Shown one piece after another: positions 1 to 7,792 of a DNA stretch of 18,018 nucleotides. The number at the start of each line of letters is the position of its first letter. Position 1 is the stretch's first letter. Position numbers and translations under genes: made by a program. Location: the NCBI GenBank assembly GCA_003166335.1, contig PMWA01000061.1, forward strand, positions 1 through 18,018, in the 5' to 3' direction. This DNA comes from Methanobacterium sp. GTDB taxonomy: Archaea > Methanobacteriota > Methanobacteria > Methanobacteriales > Methanobacteriaceae. The notes beneath the pieces were generated by a model, which saw only the letters and a list, made by a program, of their open reading frames with translations, had not been told where the DNA came from and ran no database searches.

Positions 1-134
1 CATGAAAGAGTTATTCCGATCTGATATAATTAAAATAAAAAATGAATATTTAAATTCAATACGTACTAACAATGTATTAATTAGTGTAAACTAGAACGAG
101 ATCATAATGCGATTGTGAAGGGGAGGTTCTTTAA

Positions 135-167
135 ATGACTGACATTAATTTCTATGGTGGTGTGGAT
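135..167 (+). pseudogene. 5' stub of a probable MBL-fold metallo-hydrolase (RNase J-like) gene
   Basis: GGGAGG RBS at 121-126 and ATG at 135. MTDINFYGGVD resembles the 'FxGGVxEIGGN' start of MBL-fold hydrolases. After about nt 167 the frame just reads the antisense of the npdG stub. Confidence 0.45.
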
Positions 168-256
168 TCTCCGGCTTGTACGAAGCGTATGGCAATTCCT
201 AAACCTTGTCCACCAGTTCCACCAATTATTGCTATTTTCATTTTATCAAGTTCCAT
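152..256 (-). pseudogene. npdG: Truncated F420H2:NADP+ oxidoreductase (Fno/NpdG), N-terminal Rossmann fragment only
   Basis: Reads (MELDK)MKIAIIGGTGGQGLGIAIRFVQAGE then STPP-stop. This matches the Fno N-terminus (MKIAxxGGTGxQGxGLAxR...AGE). It lies 37 bp downstream of adh on the same strand and is not in the ORF track. Confidence 0.8.
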
Positions 257-293
257 TTTAATTTCTTTAAAAAAAGAATAGGATTCTTAATAT

Positions 294-1367
294 TTATTCG
301 TCTAAAAGGACGACTGGTTTGATTAAGTCTCTTGGTTTGTCTTTCATTAGGAGGAGTGCTTCTTCTAATTTGTCAAAACCTTTGTAGACATGAGTGGCCA
401 TGAGTGACGGATCCATACGTCCGTAGGTTATAATATCTGCAAGTCTTTCCATTCTAACTCTTCCACCAGGGCAAAGACCGGTGACTATATCTTTATCAGC
501 CATACCGAATCCCCAATTTACACGACAAAGTGGTAAGGTATCTTCTTTACCGAATCCTGTACCATAGTAGTTATTGTTAGAAATTTTTGATCCTGCTTTA
601 GCCATTTTTAATGCGTCTATTAGAATATCAGGACCACCACCAGATACGATTACAGCGTCAACACCTGCTCCATCAGTTGCTTCAAGTATTTGTTCTGCGG
701 TGTCTCCTTCTTTGTAGCTAATTATATCTGTAGCACCGTATTCTTTAGCTACTTTAATAGCGTTAGGTCTGGTACCAACTGCAAATATTCTTCCAGCACC
801 TTTTAGTTTTGCACCTGCTACACCGCAAAGTCCAACTGGCCCAATACCTAGAACTGCTACAGTGGCTCCTATTTCAATTTCGGCGTTTTCAGCACCCATA
901 AAACCAGTACTCATCATATCAGTAAGCATAACCGCTGATTCCAATGACATTCCTTCGGGTAGATGTGCTAGATTGTTATCTGCTAGGTTAACATGGAAGT
1001 ATTCACCGAATACGCCATCTTTAAAGTTAGAGAATTTCCAACCACCTAAAGCTCCACCACTTTGTGAAGGAAAACCACGTTGAACGGCTTCTGAATCCCA
1101 GTCAGGAGTGATAGCTGGTACAATTACCCTATCGCCTGGTTTGAAATCTTTAACTTCGCTTCCTACTTCGTCTACTACTCCTAAAGCTTCATGTCCTAAA
1201 ATCATATTATGTCTGTCACCTATTGCTCCTTCCCAGACAGTGTGTACATCAGAAGTACATGGTGCTAGAGCTAATGGTTTAACAATAGCATCTCTTAGGC
1301 CGCATTTTGGTTTATCTTTTTCTATCCATCCTATTTCCCCAATTTTTAACATTGCTAGTCCTTTCAT
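294..1367 (-). CDS. adh: Zn-dependent NADP-specific secondary (isopropanol) alcohol dehydrogenase, Thermoanaerobacter/Clostridium beijerinckii type
   Basis: Collinear with TbADH/CbADH: PCTSD, GHE and D150 (TDMM) Zn ligands, GIGPVG Rossmann motif, GTR...Y NADP determinants, KPRDLIKPVV end. RBS GAGGTGA at 1374-1380 (minus). Confidence 0.95.
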   Translation of the reverse strand: MKGLAMLKIGEIGWIEKDKPKCGLRDAIVKPLALAPCTSDVHTVWEGAIGDRHNMILGHEALGVVDEVGSEVKDFKPGDRVIVPAITPDWDSEAVQRGFPSQSGGALGGWKFSNFKDGVFGEYFHVNLADNNLAHLPEGMSLESAVMLTDMMSTGFMGAENAEIEIGATVAVLGIGPVGLCGVAGAKLKGAGRIFAVGTRPNAIKVAKEYGATDIISYKEGDTAEQILEATDGAGVDAVIVSGGGPDILIDALKMAKAGSKISNNNYYGTGFGKEDTLPLCRVNWGFGMADKDIVTGLCPGGRVRMERLADIITYGRMDPSLMATHVYKGFDKLEEALLLMKDKPRDLIKPVVLLDE

Positions 1368-1420
1368 TTTTTTTCACCTCATTGATTATGCAATTATAAT
1401 AGTAGTTATGAAATAGATCC

Positions 1421-1448
1421 CATATAAACATACCAAATGTTCTGTATG
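1421..1448 (-). promoter_or_regulatory. adh promoter: TATA box with overlapping putative operator
   Basis: TTTATATG on minus strand (1428-1421), directly preceded by inverted repeat CATAC-N10-GTATG (1429-1448). Confidence 0.55.
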
Positions 1449-1789
1449 CCTTATTAAATAGTACATATTAATAGAGACCGTTCTTTTTGTAAATTGGTCT
1501 AAAGAAAAACTTTTATCAAAATTAAAGTAATTTATGAACATTTATCCAACAAATTATTTCTTGTTCACGAATATAATAATTTTTAAGTCTCAAAAATAAA
1601 ATTAAAAGTTTTTAAAAGAGTATTAATATGTTTTGCCCAGAATTAATTCTTAATATACAGTATAAAGCAATTCAATAAACCATGACTCAATTTTATTCGA
1701 TTAGGATATCTTTATTAATTTGATTGTCCCTAGATGATCTATAACATTACAAGACTTCTATTATTAAAAATTATAAAGAGATGTGTATA

Positions 1790-2380
1790 ATGGATACGAA
1801 ATCTAGAATTATGGAAGAATCATTTAAATTATTTCTAAAAAAAGGATTTGTTGATGTTTCATTGAATGAAATTAGAAAAGCATCAAACATTACTACTGGC
1901 GGATTTTACTATCACTTTGACAGTAAAGACACTCTCCTAGTCGCAGTGATTGAAAAATACATATTTAACTATTTTAATTCAACCATACGACAAATTAGAG
2001 ATTTTGAAGGCACACCCAAAGAAAAACTAAAAACAGTGATATTATCTATCATAGGCGAAACTCAATTATCTGAAAGCTCTGAAAAAATAGATTATAGGAC
2101 ATTACACTTACTATTAATGGAAGGTGTAAAAAAATATGAAATAATAAGCAAACATTACACAGAATTTTATTATAACTTGTTAAACTTCATTAGAGATGTA
2201 CTCGATGATGGTGCAGCCCAGGATATTATCAGACGGGATATTGACTCCACCGAACTTGCAACATTTATTCAAACTTCTATGGTCGGAACAGTCTTAATGT
2301 GGATAGCAATGCCAGAAATGCCCATAGAAAACAGAATGAATTCTAATATAGATCATTTATGGAATTATATTACAAAATAA
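1790..2380 (+). CDS. TetR/AcrR family transcriptional regulator
   Basis: N-terminal HTH (LFLKKGF...SLNEIRKASNITTGGFYYHFDSKDTL) and TetR-like C-terminal domain. Start is ATG 1790 or 1781. Divergent from adh. Confidence 0.93.
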   Translation: MDTKSRIMEESFKLFLKKGFVDVSLNEIRKASNITTGGFYYHFDSKDTLLVAVIEKYIFNYFNSTIRQIRDFEGTPKEKLKTVILSIIGETQLSESSEKIDYRTLHLLLMEGVKKYEIISKHYTEFYYNLLNFIRDVLDDGAAQDIIRRDIDSTELATFIQTSMVGTVLMWIAMPEMPIENRMNSNIDHLWNYITK

Positions 2381-2394
2381 ATTTAGATTAAAAA

Positions 2395-2421
2395 AAACAT
2401 AATAGTCGGTATGTTTAAATT
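2395..2421 (+). promoter_or_regulatory. abm promoter with palindromic operator
   Basis: AAACATA-N8-TATGTTT (2395-2416) overlapping TATA-like TTTAAATT (2414-2421). Shares GGTATGTTTA with the adh promoter. Confidence 0.55.
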
Positions 2422-2522
2422 AATAATCCAACAATATATGAAATTATCTCGAGGTGAAATACCTCGATAATGTGAAAATCTGGATTAACCAAGATAATAT
2501 GAATAATTTTAGGAGGAATCAA

Positions 2523-2813
2523 ATGATAATAGTAACAGCCACAATAACAGCTAATCCTGATGAGAGGGATAAAATCATTAAAAAATCTCAAGATCTAATT
2601 GAATCAACTCGTTTAGAATCGGGTTGTATCAGTTATAATTTATATGCAAGCACTGAAGATGATAATATCCTACTGATGCTCGAACGATGGGAAAATCAAG
2701 AAGTATTAGAATCACATATGCAAACTAAACATTTCAAAGCATTTGGTGCGGACATTAAAAATCTTTTAGCGAGAAAATTAGACATTGATGTTTGCTCAGC
2801 TGACAAAATATAA
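2523..2813 (+). CDS. Antibiotic biosynthesis monooxygenase (ABM) / putative quinol monooxygenase
   Basis: TRLESGCISYNLY...LERW...HMQTKHF motifs. Start moved to ATG 2523 because AGGAGG lies at 2511-2516. Confidence 0.9.
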   Translation: MIIVTATITANPDERDKIIKKSQDLIESTRLESGCISYNLYASTEDDNILLMLERWENQEVLESHMQTKHFKAFGADIKNLLARKLDIDVCSADKI

Positions 2814-2978
2814 TAAAAGTTTGAATTCATGGAATCAAAAAACACGGTAATATTATTATTTAGGAGTTTCATGAAATAAAAATTTAAAGGAAAACAGCTT
2901 TAAATGCCTAAAGCAGCCAAAAAAACCGATTGAAAAAGAGTCTTAATAAGAAAGTGCGAAATTAAAAAATCTCATATT

Positions 2979-3006
2979 ATATGTTAGTAATTACTCACTA
3001 ACATAT
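2979..3006. repeat. Perfect 10-bp inverted repeat with asymmetric 8-bp spacer (candidate recombination or protein-binding site)
   Basis: ATATGTTAGT-aattactc-ACTAACATAT, in the convergent gap between abm and the recombinase. Confidence 0.6.
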
Positions 3007-3122
3007 TATGGTTATGTTTATTAATCCTAATGCACCATAATTAAATTTAAAAATGCAAGCAACCATCTGAGCAAGCAAGCCGTATTAGCGGTTATATGGG
3101 ATTTAAATGGGTTTTAGTATGT

Positions 3123-4583
3123 CTATCCTTCGATTGATTTCGTAAACTCATTCAACTTATTCTGAAATTCATTAAGCTTAGTTTCATATTGGGTTTCAGT
3201 TTCTTTTTTTCTTTTTTCATAAAGTATTTTGTCATTTTCAGATATAAATTCTATTTTTTCATTTATTGGTTCAAGCATTCTTTTATAATAATTTATTCTA
3301 TCCTCATAAAAATTTATTTTCATTTGATTGTAATAACTAATAATCTTATGATCATTTGCAGCCATTATACTAATTCTTTCAATATCCAATTCGCTCTTTT
3401 GCTCAATTAGTACCCTTCGCTTATTGAAATCTTCTTTAAGAGTAGCTTCTGAAATTTGAAGATCGATTTCTAGTATTTGCATATCAATCTCTTCCTTAGC
3501 ACTAATACGGTTATTTAAAGCTTTAAATTGATCTGATTGTTGATTTAACTGTGCTTGTAATGCTAGATTTTCTTTTTTTATTTTTTTTACATCTTCATGT
3601 TCTATAGTAATTGTTTCTGTAGGGTTAATTGTTATGTGAGGTAAGTATTGGATGTAAACTTTTTTCAAATCATCTCGTCTTCCCAAAAAATATGCGTCCT
3701 TTATCTTGTTCGATATTTTATGACCCATGAAAAGTTCTCTAATCTCTTCTGGCATCCCTGCAATTGTCAATTGGGTGTTGAACCATTTCCTACACATATG
3801 TCCTGTGATCTTTCTGAAAGTGTTACCTCCCTTATCCCACCCTAATTTATCGTTTATCCTTTTGTAAATGTAACCTATTCCTTCTGACTTAAAAGGTTGA
3901 TCATTAGTTGTATGTTGAGTAAAAAGAGGTTGATTATCTTTTAAGTTTCTTCTTTCAGTCTTTAAATAAGTTTTTATAGCATTAACAGCTTCTGGAGACA
4001 TATATGTTATAAATTCTATTTCAATCTTTTCCCTAACTAAAGATAATGAACACAAATCATTATCATCTAATCCATCCTTGAACTGCCCAACACTAAGATT
4101 ACAAACATCAGAATTGCTCAAACCGCTTGAAAGCTGTGTTAGTATGATGGCTTTTTGCTTTATAGTATTACAAGCATCTAAAAATATCTTAATATCTTCT
4201 TTTGATGGTAATTCACGATTGTTTGCTATACGGAATGATCGAGGTTTTCTTTTTGTAGGTTTAGGAGTCTCAATTTTATTACAATTAAAAAAATTAAGAA
4301 TTAAACCTCTTCTCAAATTCCTAGTTGTTCTTGCCCTATCAATTGATATACAATGATCATCATATTTAGGAAGCCATGAATTGATACTTTGATCCCAAAA
4401 AGGCAGTTCTTCTCTTTCTTTATTACATATCTCCAATATTTCATCCGGCGTTTTTTCAATTGCTATACAAAAATCTGCTAAAGCATAAAGATATTGAACT
4501 TTGGCATTATCAGTAAGTCCATATATCCAGTTTTGAAAAACATGATCCTGTTCAACAATCTTCACCATTTCATTCATTTTCAT
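3123..4583 (-). CDS. Tyrosine recombinase/integrase with long C-terminal coiled-coil extension
   Basis: Box I AIILTQLSSGLSNSDV, K186 (REK), H262-x-x-R265 (GHMCRKWF), MGH288 and Y298 (DAYF). The last roughly 160 aa are charged and helical. Confidence 0.9.
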   Translation of the reverse strand: MKMNEMVKIVEQDHVFQNWIYGLTDNAKVQYLYALADFCIAIEKTPDEILEICNKEREELPFWDQSINSWLPKYDDHCISIDRARTTRNLRRGLILNFFNCNKIETPKPTKRKPRSFRIANNRELPSKEDIKIFLDACNTIKQKAIILTQLSSGLSNSDVCNLSVGQFKDGLDDNDLCSLSLVREKIEIEFITYMSPEAVNAIKTYLKTERRNLKDNQPLFTQHTTNDQPFKSEGIGYIYKRINDKLGWDKGGNTFRKITGHMCRKWFNTQLTIAGMPEEIRELFMGHKISNKIKDAYFLGRRDDLKKVYIQYLPHITINPTETITIEHEDVKKIKKENLALQAQLNQQSDQFKALNNRISAKEEIDMQILEIDLQISEATLKEDFNKRRVLIEQKSELDIERISIMAANDHKIISYYNQMKINFYEDRINYYKRMLEPINEKIEFISENDKILYEKRKKETETQYETKLNEFQNKLNEFTKSIEG

Positions 4584-4631
4584 GTATGAATATTATGTGA
4601 TTATACCATAAAAAGCTTGCACTTTATTAGT

Positions 4632-5051
4632 TTATGTATCTAATATAACCTGCACCATATATCCATTTTCCTCTTTTATATCCATAAGGTGATAAGTAGC
4701 AGCTTTAACATCTTCTCTGCTCTCATGAATCGCAGGATCGAAAGCTTCACCATAAACCAAAGCATTTAACACATAATTATTCTTTCTTCTAGTTATCTTA
4801 ACCTTAAATTCAGAGAAAACCAAACATTCAGAGTCATGAAGAAAAATCAATTCTGAAAGCCAATCATATAGAAGAGCAAAAAGATCCTCTGATTCAATAA
4901 TAATCTTCTTCTCAACTGTAGACTTTATCGTATTAGTGTCAGTCATAACTTCAAACAATGCCAATGCAGCGTTTTCAAATGACTCCTCTAAGGTTTTTCC
5001 GTAAGCTTTATAACCTACATCAGCTGTTACATCAAAAAATTCATATTTCAA
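4632..5051 (-). CDS. Archease (RtcB tRNA-ligase activator)
   Basis: YEFFDVTADVG, VKAATYH and terminal LDT motifs. TTG start with upstream AGGAG. Confidence 0.96.
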   Translation of the reverse strand: MKYEFFDVTADVGYKAYGKTLEESFENAALALFEVMTDTNTIKSTVEKKIIIESEDLFALLYDWLSELIFLHDSECLVFSEFKVKITRRKNNYVLNALVYGEAFDPAIHESREDVKAATYHLMDIKEENGYMVQVILDT

Positions 5052-5101
5052 ATTATTTTAACTCCTAAAAAAATAATAATATTTTTAAATTATAAAATTT
5101 T

Positions 5102-7387
5102 TTATGCTACTTCCCTAGGAAATTCTTCTCTCACCTTTTTAGGCTCCAATCCTCTTCCCAATCTTCTCGCTACTTCTTCATAATATTGTTTAGTTCTAGG
5201 TGTGGTTGAAGGATTTATTTTCTTTAAAGCTTCTTCAAAATGTTTCGCAGAAACCTTATTTATCTTTATATTTTCATGAAGAGCAATCATACCTGCTTTT
5301 CTGCATAAAGCCTCTATATCCGCTCCAGAAAATCCCACTGTTCCTTTAGCTAAGTTTTTAAGTTTAACATCATCACTCAAAGACATATTTTTAACGTGAA
5401 CTTTCAGTATGCTAAGTCTAGCTTTTTCATCAGGCGGAGGAACTAATACTACCTCATCAAATCTTCCCGGACGAAGTAAAGCAGGATCCATTAAATCCGG
5501 CCTATTCGTGGCACCTATAACCACGACACCCCGTAATTCCTCCAACCCATCCATTTCTGAAAGCAAAGTATTCACCATCCTTTCCACTACCCGAGGTTCA
5601 CCTGCTCCAGAGCCCCTGGTAGGGGTTATAGCATCAATTTCATCAAAAAATATTATACAAGGAGAAGCCTGTTTAGCTTTCTTAAATATTTCTGCAATTT
5701 TTCTTTCAGATTCACCGAACCATTTACTCAATATCTCTGAACCCTTCACACTAATAAAATTAGCTTTCGATTCCGTAGCAACCGCCTTAGAAAGCATTGT
5801 TTTACCCGTACCTGGCGGTCCAAAAAGTAAAATACCTTTAGATGGATTAATTCCAATTCTTTTAAAATCTTCACTATTGGTGAGCGGCCATTCTACAACC
5901 TCTATTAAAGTTTCTTTAAGTTCGCCTAAACCACCTATATCTACCCAGTGAATATCAGGGACTTCTATGAAAACTTCTCGCAAGGCAGAAGGACTAATAG
6001 ATTTCAATGATTCCATAAAATCATCCTTAGTTACAAATAGGTTTTCAAGAACTTCTTGAGGTATGGTTTGCTGCTCTAAATCTATCTCTGGTAATATTTT
6101 TCTTAAAGCATTCATAGCTGCCTCTCGACATAAAGCAGCAAGATCCGCCCCTACAAAACCATGTGTTATGTTAGCTAATTCACTTAAAACAACATCATCA
6201 GCCAAAGGCATGCCTCTAGTGTGTATCTGCAGAATTTCATTTCTACCATCACGATCAGGCACTCGCAGTTCAATTTCATGATCAAATCTACCGGGCCTTC
6301 TAAGGGCAGGATCCAATGCATCCGGTCGATTCGTAGCTCCAATCACTATAACTTTCCCTCTTTCCTTTAAACCATCCATTAAGGCAAGTATCTGTGCAAC
6401 CACTCTACGCTCCACTTCACCTGTAACTTCCTCTCGTTTAGGAGCTATAGCATCTATTTCGTCAATAAATATGATGGTAGGAGCGTTTTCTTCAGCTTCC
6501 TTGAAAATTTCTCTTATCTTCTTTTCAGCCTCACCCACATACTTACTCATAACTTCCGGCCCATTTATAGGAACAAAATTAGATCCACTCTCATTGGCAA
6601 CCGCTTTAGCTAGCAAAGTCTTACCAGTACCCGGTGCACCATGTAAAAGCACTCCCCGCGGTGGATCAATTCCTAACCTATCAAATATCTCCGGATGACG
6701 TAAAGGAAGCTCTATAATCTCTCTCACTTTAGATATTTCCTTGTGTAATCCTCCAACATCATCATAAGTCACATCTGGAATCTTCTTCTCCACTACTTCC
6801 ACAGCTTCCGGCCGCACTTCAACCTGAGTAGTATCATTAATCCTTACAATACCAGCAGGATTGGTTGAAACCACCGTGAATTTAATTTCACCTAAAGAAA
6901 ATGGAGTCCCCATTTCAAAAAATTCTCTGAAAATATCTTCAGACCCGGGAAATTCCCTTAACGTCTCTCTAGTTCTTCTTGGAGAGGTTAAAGCCATTAC
7001 ATCTCCCCGAGCAACAGCTCTTCCAATTATATTATTTTTTATAATATCTCCCGATGCCATAATTCGTATGCCTTTTGTAGCTGGTGCTAAAACTACTTTC
7101 TGAGCCATTCTAACTTCTGATCTTCGTATAGTTATCATTTCCCCTATTGATGTACCAGCGTTAGAACGGGTGAGACCGTCCATCCTTACTATTTCAAGCC
7201 CTACATCAGCTGGATAAGATTTTCCAACTATAGCTCCAGTAGTTCTCTTACCAATTATATCAACAACATTACCTGGCTCGACTCCTATTTTATTAAGTAA
7301 TTCATTATCGATCCGTATAATTCCTTTACCAACATCCTGTTGTAATGCTTCAGCTACTCTCAACTCAATTTCACTGTTTTCAGGCAT
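5102..7387 (-). CDS. cdc48: CDC48/VAT (p97-like) AAA+ ATPase
   Basis: N-domain (LRVAEA...DVGKGIIRID) and two AAA modules (GAPGTGKT/FIDEID, GPPGTGKT/FFDEID) with ALRRPGRFD and ALLRPGRFD. GGGAG spacing favours ATG 7387 over TTG 7396. Confidence 0.97.
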   Translation of the reverse strand: MPENSEIELRVAEALQQDVGKGIIRIDNELLNKIGVEPGNVVDIIGKRTTGAIVGKSYPADVGLEIVRMDGLTRSNAGTSIGEMITIRRSEVRMAQKVVLAPATKGIRIMASGDIIKNNIIGRAVARGDVMALTSPRRTRETLREFPGSEDIFREFFEMGTPFSLGEIKFTVVSTNPAGIVRINDTTQVEVRPEAVEVVEKKIPDVTYDDVGGLHKEISKVREIIELPLRHPEIFDRLGIDPPRGVLLHGAPGTGKTLLAKAVANESGSNFVPINGPEVMSKYVGEAEKKIREIFKEAEENAPTIIFIDEIDAIAPKREEVTGEVERRVVAQILALMDGLKERGKVIVIGATNRPDALDPALRRPGRFDHEIELRVPDRDGRNEILQIHTRGMPLADDVVLSELANITHGFVGADLAALCREAAMNALRKILPEIDLEQQTIPQEVLENLFVTKDDFMESLKSISPSALREVFIEVPDIHWVDIGGLGELKETLIEVVEWPLTNSEDFKRIGINPSKGILLFGPPGTGKTMLSKAVATESKANFISVKGSEILSKWFGESERKIAEIFKKAKQASPCIIFFDEIDAITPTRGSGAGEPRVVERMVNTLLSEMDGLEELRGVVVIGATNRPDLMDPALLRPGRFDEVVLVPPPDEKARLSILKVHVKNMSLSDDVKLKNLAKGTVGFSGADIEALCRKAGMIALHENIKINKVSAKHFEEALKKINPSTTPRTKQYYEEVARRLGRGLEPKKVREEFPREVA

Positions 7388-7603
7388 ACTTTTCAACTCC
7401 CTATGATCATGAAAAAATGAAGAAAAAAAATTTGTTAATTATTTCCTGTTGTTTATTTATGTAACTGCAGAAATATAAAATTTTTTATATAGAGTTTAAA
7501 AATGTCTTTTTAGAAATTATTTGACTCTGAATACTTCTCAAACGCTCTCTATCTCTTCTTTTAAATAGTTACAAAAAGTAGTATTAGTTTAAGGAGGGAT
7601 TAA

Positions 7604-7792
7604 ATGTTAAAAATTTATAATAAATCTTCAATTCCAGATCTAAGAAAAAAAGTAGGGTATTTGGAACAATATAATTTAAAAACTATTAATTTAGCATCGT
7701 GCATTATGATAATGCTGATCATTATAATTTTAATTGCCAGTGTACTAATGGTAACAGCCGGTCCTAATTCTAACTATCCCCTAAATTATTAG
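7604..7792 (+). CDS. Small hypothetical single-pass membrane protein
   Basis: Strong AAGGAGGG RBS and one hydrophobic segment (LASCIMIMLIIIILIASVLMV). No family recognised. Confidence 0.5.
   Translation: MLKIYNKSSIPDLRKKVGYLEQYNLKTINLASCIMIMLIIIILIASVLMVTAGPNSNYPLNY

Noticed and set aside
862..1416. Plus-strand ORFs 862..1083 and 1108..1416
   Set aside because: Antisense shadows of adh with no family motifs.
2454..2522. GTG-initiated N-terminal extension of abm
   Set aside because: A strong AGGAGG precedes ATG 2523 and the ABM fold starts there.
2814..3122. tRNA gene or tRNA-derived att site next to the integrase
   Set aside because: No cloverleaf, T-loop GTTCRAATC or CCA-type 3' fragment is visible on either side of the gene.
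3189..7103. Plus-strand ORFs inside the recombinase and cdc48
   Set aside because: Antisense to well-supported genes, with composition typical of shadow frames.
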